From an uncultured Acidobacteriota bacterium (GTDB lineage Bacteria; Acidobacteriota; Blastocatellia; RBC074): a DNA stretch of 64,000 nucleotides. The number at the start of each line of letters is the position of its first letter. Positions within the stretch are counted from its first letter, which is position 1. The DNA lies in assembly GCA_963796275.1 (NCBI GenBank), contig CAWCKY010000006.1:2144001-2208000 (forward strand), in the 5' to 3' direction. Positions 52,301 to 60,850 of the stretch are shown in pieces. Below the pieces are notes generated by a model. That model saw only the letters and a list, made by a program, of their open reading frames with translations, did no database searches and was not told where the DNA came from. The translations under genes were made by a program, and so were the position numbers.

Positions 52301-52841
52301 TGACGTCCGCCACCGCTTTACGGTCAGTTCGGTCTACGAACTGCCGGTCGGGCGCGGCAAACGCTACCTGGCAAATGGTCCGCTGGGGTTGATCGCTGGG
52401 AACTGGTCTGTAGGTATGTTGGCGCTGATGCAATCGGGCCCGCCGGCGACCGTCACGACCCAGACCAACAATACCAATGCCTTTTCCGCGGGCGGACAGC
52501 GTGCCGACAATCTGCACGATCCGAATCTGAGCTCGTCCGAGCGGACGCTCGACCGCTGGTTCGACAAATCGGCCTTCGCTCAACCAGCCGAATTCGCCTT
52601 CGGTACAAGCGGGCGCGGCACGATTCGCGGCGACGGTGTGATCAACTTCGACATTTCGCTGCTCAAGAATTTCTTCTTCGCGGAACAGAAAGGATTCCAG
52701 ATCAGGTTGGAGATGTTCAACGCGTTCAACCATCCCGATTTCGGATTGCCTAGCACGACCTTCGGCGATCCGGGGTTCGGCGAGGTCTCGAGTGCGCGCA
52801 CCGGACGAACCATTCAGGTGGGCTTGCGCTTGGTTTTCTGA
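49359..52841 (+). CDS. Oar-type TonB-dependent receptor
   Basis: Signal peptide, ISGIVTDTTGAVVPG, YAAEYGGSAGG....TTKSG.NQFHGSLFEYLRNDALDA, FFQDDW, EMFNAFNHPDF, RTIQVGLRLVF. Confidence 0.93.
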   Translation: MARNKRSTLFILLLFAIASPDLSMAQSPQATISGIVTDTTGAVVPGVQVIAINPATTQRTTAVTNDRGFFVLTQLPIGDHTIEAEKTGFKKFVRQGLTLTTGATLPLDIQLEIGSATDTVTITGETPLLQTRTSDVSTLIESKTVQDLPLGDRRTLNIIKLTGAAVFVNYDSGAKPNFSLAGGRTQSQMFWIDGGSGQNMRLGIGQVDIDPPVETVQEVKVLSNNYAAEYGGSAGGVIIATTKSGGNQFHGSLFEYLRNDALDAVNFFAPVMNGERQKAPLRYNVFGGTLGGPVWLPKKVFGPAGYDGHNKTFFFFAYEGTRRLEGLTRTMTVPTLLQRQGDFSEMLGALQCANAAGATGNCGGAFTSPYFVSDTEGNRVQGRAGMIFDPATNRGEGGRTVRTQFAGNKIPSDRLDQVALNLLEFYPIPSQAPSGVTGANNFSGNYQQILGRNNYTVKLDHNFTERDRLNFRYLYNSDDRNFTTVFPNIVAETNTRALRHQNYFYWGYTRTFSPTVINELRYTYSNRINHEQSFGLGESWATRLGVNGVPDGAFPRINVAGVTSLGAAMHERAQLPIQQHQFVNNLSVTRGRHSLKMGVEFRESLNYETNRTSIAGQFNFTTLLTGQPGNAATGIGLASFLLGYPNGVTFRETEALDRYSWYLAGFFQDDWTINQSLTLNFGLRWETDTPITDRDNRMNSFDPRAINPVSGTRGVVKFAGQEGWPAQPYETDWNNFGPRLGFAWRPFGRQRTVIRGGAGIFFAHPFDRGAPNSASLGFESSASINTQDNGLTAPFLLREGVPELSLSGAERNDSLGAVRVGQAATTAVTFFEQDRRTGYSGQFNLNIQQELPGQIIFEAGYLGNLSRKLASANITINQITPERLAEIAARPDAAQRVGRQIDRPYPQFSGVSLVAPAFGISNYHALVLRAEKRFAAGFNFLTTYTWSKFLNNTDDGGAALGDDPSYSNYYDRGSDYGPSGNDVRHRFTVSSVYELPVGRGKRYLANGPLGLIAGNWSVGMLALMQSGPPATVTTQTNNTNAFSAGGQRADNLHDPNLSSSERTLDRWFDKSAFAQPAEFAFGTSGRGTIRGDGVINFDISLLKNFFFAEQKGFQIRLEMFNAFNHPDFGLPSTTFGDPGFGEVSSARTGRTIQVGLRLVF

Positions 52842-52930
52842 ACTGCCGATACTATGGTTAGTGCTATTGTGTACAAAAATTCTAGAATTTCCTGGGAATT
52901 CGTATCTGCGATCTGCGTACTGGGCTGGGA

Positions 52931-53000
52931 TGGCGGAGCCGTTCGGAGTGCGGTAGCTTGGCTTGGCAAGCAAGCTACCGCACTCTAAAAGGCTCCGCCA
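52931..53000. repeat. REP-like long inverted repeat (GGAGTGCGG family)
   Basis: TGGCGGAGCC...GAGTGCGGTAGCTTG / CAAGCTACCGCACTC...GGCTCCGCCA. Confidence 0.75.
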
Positions 53001-53090
53001 CCTCTGAATATCAGTTGAACTTGTCTCGATTTCCGAAGAAATCGAGGAGTCTTGTGACACAGTAGCATTAGTTGCGGAAAGGACTGATAA

Positions 53091-53924
53091 ATGAGAACGC
53101 TTAAATTACCGTCAGGAAGAGTCGTGCCCGTCCTCGGGCAGGGAACCTGGGAGATGGGTGTGAAGAGCAAGCGGCGGCAGGACGAGGTCGCCGCGCTACG
53201 GCAGGGCCTTGATCTCGGGATGAATCTGATCGATACGGCGGAGATGTATGCCGAGGGCGGCGCCGAGGAAGTCGTCGCCGAAGCGATCGCCGGCCGGCGT
53301 GAAGAGGTCTTTGTCGTCAGCAAAGTCTATCCCCACAACGCTACGCGCCGGGGCGCCGTCGAGGCTTGTGAGCGAAGCCTCGAGCGGCTCAAGACCGATC
53401 ACATCGACCTTTATCTGCTTCATTGGCGCGGATCGGTGCCGCTCGCTGAAACATTGGAGGCATTTCAACGGCTCAAGGAGTCAGGAAAGATAATGGACTA
53501 TGGCGTGAGCAACTTCGACGTCTCTGATATGGAGGAGGCGAGCGACCATCCTGGTGGCGATGCGATTGCCACAGATCAAGTCCTCTATAATCTCGCACGC
53601 CGCGGAGTTGAATGGGATTTACTCCCGTGGTGCCGCAGGGGCGGCATACCTTTGATGGCCTACTCTCCGATCGAACAGGGGCGCATATTGGACGATACTG
53701 CGCTGAAGGCGATCGCCTCTCGCCACCAGGCCACCACTGCACAGATAGCGCTAGCCTGGATTCTTCGACAGGACGGGATAATCGCCATTCCGAAGTCCAG
53801 CCGGCTCGAGCACATCCGTGAGAATCATGCATCCCTGAATGTCATTCTCACGGAGAATGACCTGGCCGATCTCGAACGGGAATTCCCTCCACCACGTGTA
53901 AAAAAGCCGCTGGACGTGCTTTGA
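53091..53924 (+). CDS. Aldo/keto reductase
   Basis: LGQGTW, IDTAEMY..G.AE, VVSKVYP, IDLYLLHW, GVSNF, AYSP, IPKS. Confidence 0.93.
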   Translation: MRTLKLPSGRVVPVLGQGTWEMGVKSKRRQDEVAALRQGLDLGMNLIDTAEMYAEGGAEEVVAEAIAGRREEVFVVSKVYPHNATRRGAVEACERSLERLKTDHIDLYLLHWRGSVPLAETLEAFQRLKESGKIMDYGVSNFDVSDMEEASDHPGGDAIATDQVLYNLARRGVEWDLLPWCRRGGIPLMAYSPIEQGRILDDTALKAIASRHQATTAQIALAWILRQDGIIAIPKSSRLEHIRENHASLNVILTENDLADLEREFPPPRVKKPLDVL

Positions 53925-54213
53925 ACCGTGTCGTGACATGAAATGAATAGGAGAATAATGTATCGACCGGACCAAAAATGACTCCGCGCAACATCCAGCT
54001 GAAGACAATAGGCAGAACGAATCGTAATTTTTATAAATACAGTGATTGAGATTAAGTTGACGAGTAAGAAGAGCCAGATATGAATTGCTCTTTCCCCCAA
54101 TCGATTTTATAGTGGGCTGAAATCGCCAGTGATGGCAGGGCTGTAATGACAACTCACCGCGAAATATTTAAGTAATAACTCAAGATAAAGCAGACTTAGG
54201 GGGGACCGCTGAC

Positions 54214-54996
54214 ATGCATAGGGGACGATCGATCATAGTGCTTTGCTTTCTAACTTTTCTATTCGGTATTGCAAATGTGGAGGGTTCCACCGCTGCTCAG
54301 GACCCACCACCACCACCTCCACCTCCACCTCCACAGAAGATGCCTGCCCCAATGGTAGAGGATGACACCGGGTTTGAATCTATTTTCGATGGCAAGACAT
54401 TGAAGGATTGGGATGGTGATCCGACGTACTGGTCGGTTGAAAACGGCAGCCTCGTGGGTGTGACGAAGCCGGAGACGCTTCCTAAATACAATCGGTTTAT
54501 CATCTGGCGTGGCGGTGAAACCGCCGATTTTGAATTGAAGTTGGAGTATAGAATCAATGCTCAGGGGAACAGCGGAATCAACTACCGCAGTACCGAACTG
54601 CCGGGCCACAAATGGGTGATGCGCGGCTATCAGGCCGACATTGATGGGCAGAACAGATACACGGGCCAGAACTATGAGGAGCGCGGACGCACGTTTCTCG
54701 CTCTGCGAGGCCAGTATTCTTACATCGGAGAAGGAAAAACACCGACGATGATGGCATCAGTCGGAGATCGCGAGCAGTTGAAAGAGTATGTCAAGGAAGA
54801 TTGGAACAGCTATCACCTCATAATCCGAGGGAATTTGATGATCCATATTTTAAACGGACATGTGATGTCGGTCGTGCTCGATGACGATGTCCGGAACCGG
54901 CAGATGAGTGGAAAACTGGGAATGCAGGTCCACGTCGGGCCTCCGATGAAAGTGGAGTTCCGCAACATTCGGATCAAAAGATTAACAAGCCATTGA
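54214..54996 (+). CDS. Secreted DUF1080 (3-keto-disaccharide hydrolase/lyase-like) protein
   Basis: IFDGKTLKDW, DFELKLEY, GNSGINYR, GYQADID, WN.Y.L, QVH.GP...VEFRNIRIK. A run of 10 Pro follows the signal peptide. Confidence 0.88.
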   Translation: MHRGRSIIVLCFLTFLFGIANVEGSTAAQDPPPPPPPPPPQKMPAPMVEDDTGFESIFDGKTLKDWDGDPTYWSVENGSLVGVTKPETLPKYNRFIIWRGGETADFELKLEYRINAQGNSGINYRSTELPGHKWVMRGYQADIDGQNRYTGQNYEERGRTFLALRGQYSYIGEGKTPTMMASVGDREQLKEYVKEDWNSYHLIIRGNLMIHILNGHVMSVVLDDDVRNRQMSGKLGMQVHVGPPMKVEFRNIRIKRLTSH

Positions 54997-55043
54997 TTTC
55001 GGATGATCCGATCATCGGCATCAGTTAAGGAGAACAACCGGCA

Positions 55044-55820
55044 ATGACTACAAAGAAAAATGATCCGGAGACCGGGATGGCGAGGCGGCAGTTGACGCAC
55101 GGCGATTTGCTGGAACTGCGCCGCTGGAATACTCCGACGGTCTATAACGGATGGGAACAGATAACAAAACATGATGCGGGGCGCGATGGTTTCAATCTCG
55201 AAGAGACCGTTGACTTCATGCCACAGATGGGCGCGATGGTCGGCTATGCGGTGACCGTCGTTTGCCAGCCGGGTAATCCCGCGCATCGGAAAAATAACCC
55301 TGATGGATGGAACGAGTATCGCCGGTATATGGCGAGCGTGCCAGGACCGAAGATCGTCGTCGTGCAGGATTTGGACAAGCCGCAATTTGTCGGTTCATTT
55401 TGGGGCGAGGTCAACGCAAACGCACATCATGCGCTGGGTTGCGTCGGGACGATTGTGGACGGATGCATACGCGACGTGGACGAGATGTGTTATGCCGGCT
55501 TCAAAGCCTTAGCCAGAAGATTGTGCATCGGCCATGCTTACTCGTGGCCAGTGCGATGGGGCTGCGAGGTGGAGGTCTTCGGGCGACAGGTGAAACCGGG
55601 ACAATTGATCCACGCCGACAAGCACGGTTTCATGGTTATCCCCGAGGAAGACGAAGCGCTTCTGCTCGAAGCGACGCGCTTTATGGATGCCAATGAATGC
55701 CAGACGGTGATTGCGGCCGCGCGTGAATCAGCCGGGCTGCCGCTCGAAGAGGTCGTGGCGCGCCTCGACGGAGCGAAACGCGAGTTCATCGCGAATATCA
55801 AGGCGAAATTTGCCAAGTGA
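55044..55820 (+). CDS. RraA/HMG-aldolase family protein
   Basis: NTPTVYNG, MVGYAVT, IVVVQD, WGEVNA, G.IVDG.IRDVDE, PGQLIHADKHG. Confidence 0.85.
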   Translation: MTTKKNDPETGMARRQLTHGDLLELRRWNTPTVYNGWEQITKHDAGRDGFNLEETVDFMPQMGAMVGYAVTVVCQPGNPAHRKNNPDGWNEYRRYMASVPGPKIVVVQDLDKPQFVGSFWGEVNANAHHALGCVGTIVDGCIRDVDEMCYAGFKALARRLCIGHAYSWPVRWGCEVEVFGRQVKPGQLIHADKHGFMVIPEEDEALLLEATRFMDANECQTVIAAARESAGLPLEEVVARLDGAKREFIANIKAKFAK

Positions 55821-55861
55821 TGTGGGGTAAATCGCGAATAGATAATGCTTTCAGGTTAACT

Positions 55862-56466
55862 CTGACCGCCTGAAGGCGGAAAGCGGAACAGATCGCGTTT
55901 GGAGTTCCGCGTTTACGCGGTCTTTATCTTCCGGATGATTTCCTGACGTGCCTGAAGCGGAAAGCGGAACAGATCGCGTTTGGAGTTCCGCGTTTACGCG
56001 GTCTTTATTTATCCGGATGATTCCTGACCGCCCTGAAGGCGGAAAGCGGAACAGATCGCGTTTGGAGTTCCGCGTTTACGCGGTCTTTATCTTCCGGATG
56101 ATTTCCTGACGTGCCTGAAGCGGAAAGCGGAACAGATCGCGTTTGGAGTTCCGCGTTTACGCGGTCTTTTTCTTTTCGCACGATATCCCGACCGCCTGAA
56201 GGCGGAACTCCGAACATCGCGTTTGGAGTTCCGCGTTTACGCGGTCTTTATTTATCCGGATGATTCCTGACCGCCTGAAGGCGGAACTCCGAACATCGCG
56301 TTTGGAGTTCCGCGTTTACGCGGTCTTTATTTATCCGGATAATTCCTGACCGCCTGAAGGCGGAACTCCGAACATCGCGTTTGGAGTTCCGCGTTTACGC
56401 GGTCTTTATCATTTCGGAATATTTCCTGACCGCCTGAAGGCGGAACTCCGAACTTCGCGTTTGGAA
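55862..56466. repeat. Tandem array of about 7.5 units of 79-82 bp, each a doublet of REP-like palindromes (BIME/REPIN-like)
   Basis: Units begin at about 55862, 55943, 56024, 56106, 56188, 56267, 56346 and 56426. Each has CCGCCTGAAGGCGG (or a variant) and GTTTGGAGTTCCGCGTTTACGCGG in opposite orientations. Confidence 0.92.
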
Positions 56467-56836
56467 TTGATGCAATGCGGCTTGTTGCCTCATCAAAAAT
56501 CTCTCTGAAAATTATATTGCAAGTTCGAGAATGCGGGCTTACAATGAAAATCCGCAGACGAGATTACAGTCGATCTCCCCATAAGTAATCAGCTCTGTCA
56601 ATACTCCCTTATTAACTCCTATAGCACTGCCTTGTGTTCGACCTGGAAGTGCCCGAAAAATACCTCCTTTGTTCACTCCCGATACTGGCAAAGCTACTCC
56701 AATGCTCTGCCTGTCTAACAATTGACCGGCTAGGTTAGGCCGACGAGTTTCTTCTCTGCTTGGTACCGCGCATCAAGGCAGAAGTATCTGCACGGGTGAT
56801 GTGGGCTATCGGCAGCAATAGTAATGGAGTGAATAC

Positions 56837-57892
56837 ATGGCCACAAAATCATCACGTCTTAGCGAACGGCCACCGGATGTGAGAGAGGTCCATATAGTCT
56901 GGCTCACTGCCGGTCTGGGATGCGACGGCGACACGATCTCGATCACTGCCGCCGAGCAGCCCAGCATTGAAGACCTCCTGCTGGGGGCGATTCCGGGAAT
57001 TCCAAAGGTCCATCTGCATAATCCGGTTCTCGCGCCGGAGGTAGGCGACGATTTTATGGATTATTTCTATCAGGCCGAACGAGGCGAGATCGATCCATTC
57101 GTCTTCGTCGTTGAGGGGTCGATTCCAAACGAACGGATCAAGGATGAAGGATATTGGGCGGCGCAGGGGACTGATCCCGTAACGGGCCAACCGATCACTA
57201 CGTGCGAATGGATCGATCGCCTGGCGCCGAAAGCGTGGGCGGTCGTCGCCGCCGGAACCTGCGCGACATACGGCGGGATTCATGCGATGGCGGGGAACCC
57301 GACAGGCTGCATGGGGTTGGCCGATTATCTCGGCTGGGGCTTCCGCTCGCAGGCCGGCATTCCCGTGGTAAACGTGCCGGGTTGCCCGGTGCAACCCGAT
57401 AATTTTATGGAGACGGTTCTCTACCTCCTCTATCAGGCAGCGGGGCTCTCGCCCATGATTCCGCTCGATGACCAACTGCGCCCGACATGGCTATTCGCGA
57501 AGACGGTACATGAAGGCTGCGATCGCGCGGGCTACTACGAGCAGGGCGATTTCGCTCTCGAATATGGATCGCCCAAGTGTCTGGTCAAGATCGGCTGTTG
57601 GGGGCCCGTCGTTAACTGCAACGTGACCAAGCGCGGGTGGATGCGGGGCGCCGGAGGTTGTCCGAATGTGGGCGGCATCTGCATCGGTTGCACGATGCCC
57701 GGGTTCCCAGACAAGTTCATGCCGTTTATGGATGAGCCGCCGGGCGCCGCCGTTTCAACAGGCGCCGTGGGGTTTTATGGCGGAGCTATACGCGCTCTGC
57801 GCAGCATTACCAACTCGACTGTCAACAAGGAACCGAAGTGGCGGCATCCGGGAACGCACCTCGAGACCGGCTATCGGCCGATCTCTTTCTGA
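56837..57892 (+). CDS. hhyS: Group 1h [NiFe]-hydrogenase small subunit
   Basis: WLTAGLGCDGDT, FVVEGSIP, GTCATYGGI, NVPGCP, HEGCDRAGYYEQG, CLVKIGCWGP, GGICIGCTMPGFPDKF. No Tat signal. Confidence 0.93.
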   Translation: MATKSSRLSERPPDVREVHIVWLTAGLGCDGDTISITAAEQPSIEDLLLGAIPGIPKVHLHNPVLAPEVGDDFMDYFYQAERGEIDPFVFVVEGSIPNERIKDEGYWAAQGTDPVTGQPITTCEWIDRLAPKAWAVVAAGTCATYGGIHAMAGNPTGCMGLADYLGWGFRSQAGIPVVNVPGCPVQPDNFMETVLYLLYQAAGLSPMIPLDDQLRPTWLFAKTVHEGCDRAGYYEQGDFALEYGSPKCLVKIGCWGPVVNCNVTKRGWMRGAGGCPNVGGICIGCTMPGFPDKFMPFMDEPPGAAVSTGAVGFYGGAIRALRSITNSTVNKEPKWRHPGTHLETGYRPISF

Positions 57893-57914
57893 AGTGCAAG
57901 GAGGTAATCAGATA

Positions 57915-59711
57915 ATGGCTACTGTAGGTCAGATGAAGAAGAACGTCCTGCCGGAGACTCCGGGACTGGTAGAGATGAACTGGGATCCGATCACGCGAAT
58001 CGTCGGAAGCCTCGGCATCTTCACCAAGATAGACTTCAAAAATCGAACCGTTGCCGAGTGCTATAGCACATCGTCGATCTTTCGCGGATATAGCATCTTT
58101 ATGAAGGGCAAGGATCCACGCGACGCGCATTTCATCACCAGTCGGATCTGCGGCATCTGCGGCGACAACCATGCGACCTGTGCTACCTACGCACAGAACA
58201 TGGCCTTCGGCGTGCGGCCCCCAGCGCTCGGAGAATGGATCATCAATCTCGGCGAAGCGGCGGAGTACATGTTCGACCATAATATCTTTCAAGATAATCT
58301 CGTCGGCGTGGATTTCTGCGAGCAGATCGTCAAGGAGACCAATCCGAGCGTCTGGGAGAAAGCGCAGAAGAAGGAGGCCCGGGGCGCGAAGCTGCACGGC
58401 TATCGGACTATTGCCGACATCATGACGGCGCTCAACCCGTTCAGCGGTGAATTCTACCGCGAGGCGTTGGCGATGAGCCGACTGACGCGCGAGATGTTCT
58501 GCTTGATGGAAGGACGCCACGTTCATCCTTCGACGCTCTATCCGGGCGGTATCGGCACGGTGCCGACGATTCAGGTCTTCACCGATTACCTCGTTCGCCT
58601 GATGAAGTACGTGGAGTTCATGAAGAAGGTCGTGCCGCTGCACGATGACCTGTTCGACTTCTTCTACGAAGCACTCCCCGGTTACGAGAAGGTCGGCGAA
58701 CGGCGCATCTTGCTCGGTTGCTGGGGGGCGTTCAATGATCCCGAGGTCTGCGATTACAGCTATCGGAACATGGATGAGTGGGGACGCGCGATGTTCGTAT
58801 CGCCGAGCGTCATTGTGGACGGAAAGGTCATCACCAATAACCTCGTCGATATCAACCTCGGCATCCGAATACTGCTCGGAACATCGTATTACGAAGACTG
58901 GCAGAACGAAGAGCGGTTCGTCACGCTCGACCCGCTGGGAAATGCGGTAGATCAGAGACATCCCTGGAATCAGACGACGATTCCGAAGCCGCAGAAACGG
59001 GACTTCACGGGAAATTACACGTGGGTCATGTCTCCGCGCTGGTACGACTGGCGAACGGGCGAATACCTCGCGCTCGACACTGGCGGCGGGCCGATCGCGC
59101 GCCTGTGGGCGACAGCGCTCAACAATCTGGTGGACATCGGCTATGTCAAAGCCACCGGCCATAGCGTCAAAATCTATCTCCCCAAGACGGCGCTGCTGCC
59201 CGAAACCGAATACGAATGGAAGATCCCCAAATGGTCGAACGCTATCGAGCGCGACCGCGCCAGAACGTACTTTCAGGCCTACGCCGCTGCCTGCGCGCTC
59301 TACTTTGTAGAACAGGCGCTCGCGGAAGTACGGGCCGGTCGTACGGCCACCTGGTCAGAATTTAAAGTGCCGCGCGATGCGATCGGCTGCGGATTCCATG
59401 AAGCCGTGCGCGGCGTGCTTTCACACCATGTCGTCATCCGCGACGGCAAGATCGCGAACTACCACCCCTATCCGCCGACCCCCTGGAACGCTAGCCCGCG
59501 TGACATCTATGGGACGCCGGGGCCATATGAGGACGCCGTGCAGGGCACGCCGATCTTCGAAGAGAACCCACCCGAAAAGTTTAAGGGCATTGACATCATG
59601 CGCGCCGTCCGCAGCTTCGACCCATGCCTGCCTTGCGGTGTTCATATGTATCTCGGCAACGGGCGGGTCTTGGAGACGAGGCACTCGCCAATGTTCGGCG
59701 CAATGAAGTAA
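57915..59711 (+). CDS. hhyL: Group 1h [NiFe]-hydrogenase large subunit
   Basis: WDPITRIVGSL, L1 motif TSRICGICGDNH, L2 motif SFDPCLPCGVH followed by a cleavable tail. Start at ATG 57915 after GGAGG. Confidence 0.95.
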   Translation: MATVGQMKKNVLPETPGLVEMNWDPITRIVGSLGIFTKIDFKNRTVAECYSTSSIFRGYSIFMKGKDPRDAHFITSRICGICGDNHATCATYAQNMAFGVRPPALGEWIINLGEAAEYMFDHNIFQDNLVGVDFCEQIVKETNPSVWEKAQKKEARGAKLHGYRTIADIMTALNPFSGEFYREALAMSRLTREMFCLMEGRHVHPSTLYPGGIGTVPTIQVFTDYLVRLMKYVEFMKKVVPLHDDLFDFFYEALPGYEKVGERRILLGCWGAFNDPEVCDYSYRNMDEWGRAMFVSPSVIVDGKVITNNLVDINLGIRILLGTSYYEDWQNEERFVTLDPLGNAVDQRHPWNQTTIPKPQKRDFTGNYTWVMSPRWYDWRTGEYLALDTGGGPIARLWATALNNLVDIGYVKATGHSVKIYLPKTALLPETEYEWKIPKWSNAIERDRARTYFQAYAAACALYFVEQALAEVRAGRTATWSEFKVPRDAIGCGFHEAVRGVLSHHVVIRDGKIANYHPYPPTPWNASPRDIYGTPGPYEDAVQGTPIFEENPPEKFKGIDIMRAVRSFDPCLPCGVHMYLGNGRVLETRHSPMFGAMK

Positions 59712-59737
59712 AGGAGAAGATCAGACGGAGCGCGATC

Positions 59738-60310
59738 ATGGTGGATTTTGACCGGGGTGATATACAGCGGCGGTTGCAACGGATCGAAGAGCTGGTACGC
59801 ACGCTTGAATCGGTCGAAGCTTCTAATGCCTCGAGCGTGCGTTCCAGCGCTCTGGAACTGATGCGGTCTTTAATGGAGTTGCATGGCGCGGGGATCGAGC
59901 GGATGATGGAAATTGCCTTCGACTCAGGCGCAGGCGGAGGCGAGATCATTGACCGGCTTGCCGGGGATGATCTGGTGGCGAAGCTCTTGCTGCTCTATGA
60001 CCTGCACCCTCACGGGATGGAGACACGGGCGAGCCGAGCGCTCGAGGGCGTGCGCCCGCACCTGAAGTCGCACGGAGGTAACGTCGAACTGCTGGGCGTG
60101 GTAGACGGGGTTATCAGGTTGCGCCTGCAAGGTAACTGTAACGGGTGTCCGTCATCATCTGAGACATTGCGGCGACTGATCGAGCAGGCGATTTATGAAG
60201 CCGCCCCAGATGCGCGGGCGATCGAGGTCGAAAGCGTCGCCGACGGCGCGGGGAAGCAGCTTGCGGACGGGTTGGTGCAATTGCGAGGGCCGTTGCCCCC
60301 AAGTCCCTAG
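59738..60310 (+). CDS. NifU-like Fe-S protein of the group 1h cluster (HhyE-like)
   Basis: LMELHGAGIER, LLLLYDLHP, VRPHLKSHGGNVEL, LRLQGNCNGCPSS. Confidence 0.87.
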   Translation: MVDFDRGDIQRRLQRIEELVRTLESVEASNASSVRSSALELMRSLMELHGAGIERMMEIAFDSGAGGGEIIDRLAGDDLVAKLLLLYDLHPHGMETRASRALEGVRPHLKSHGGNVELLGVVDGVIRLRLQGNCNGCPSSSETLRRLIEQAIYEAAPDARAIEVESVADGAGKQLADGLVQLRGPLPPSP

Positions 60311-60346
60311 GCGTCCAATGCTATTTGACAAATTTTGACACGATGA

Positions 60347-60550
60347 AAACCCTGACGGGGCGCAATTACATTTCCCAGAAGGAGGCGAAGCGGAGCCGGT
60401 GGGATGCGTCACCAGGAATTATCAGGTTCTGAAAGTGCGTGTGAGAGACCGATTTAAGCGCTTTACAGGATTTGACGCCCCGCTTATGCAACGGGAGCTT
60501 CGCTTCGCTCTCCCCTGGTTTTAATTTCGCTCCCCGTTGTAGCTCAGGGT
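60347..60550. repeat. Degenerate palindromic MITE-like insertion inside the hydrogenase cluster
   Basis: Imperfect inverted arms ACCCTGACGGGGCGCAATTA...GGCGAAGCGGAGC / GCTTCGCTTCGC...TTAATTTCGCTCCCCGTT...TCAGGGT. Confidence 0.5.
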
Positions 60551-60609
60551 CGCAGCATCATATCTCTCATATCAAACATTTATGTCTTACATAAAAAAGG
60601 AGCACTACT

Positions 60610-60834
60610 ATGGCTAAACAACAACCGGCAACTGAAAAGGTAGACCATTTGCTGGGGACAGACAGGGGCGAAGAACAGGTTATCAGGCATGGCAGGGAAG
60701 CTGGCCGTATCCGCGAAGGCGGCAGTGGCGCAAACCGGCCGATCGGAAAGTCCACGCCGCGCGATGTGACCAGCATCAACCCGGAGGATCGCAGGCCAAT
60801 AGACCCGGAAAGTCCATTTTTGATTCCGGCCTGA
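60610..60834 (+). CDS. Small hydrophilic hypothetical protein in the hydrogenase cluster
   Basis: AAGGAG RBS, ATG start, 16 bp upstream of the next ORF. C-terminus STPRDVTSINPEDRRPIDPESPFLIPA. Confidence 0.7.
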   Translation: MAKQQPATEKVDHLLGTDRGEEQVIRHGREAGRIREGGSGANRPIGKSTPRDVTSINPEDRRPIDPESPFLIPA

Positions 60835-60850
60835 ACTGTAGACCAGCATA

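Noticed and set aside
56005-56217. Repetitive 70-aa ORF (and the similar ORF at 34205-34387)
   Set aside because: It is simply a translation of the REP units.
55862-56466. CRISPR array
   Set aside because: The linkers are near-identical to one another and one recurs at 34.3 kb. The constant part is about 55 bp with two opposed palindromes, and no cas genes lie in the window.
57666-57914. 83-aa N-terminal extension of the hydrogenase large subunit given by the ORF track
   Set aside because: It overlaps the small-subunit gene. The ATG at 57915 has a GGAGG RBS and gives a normal-length protein.
57822-59162. Long antisense or alternate-frame ORFs (also 3878-4981, 22934-23893, 27631-28596, 49392-50570 and others)
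   Set aside because: These are shadow ORFs of GC-rich coding regions that overlap well-supported genes and lack recognisable motifs.
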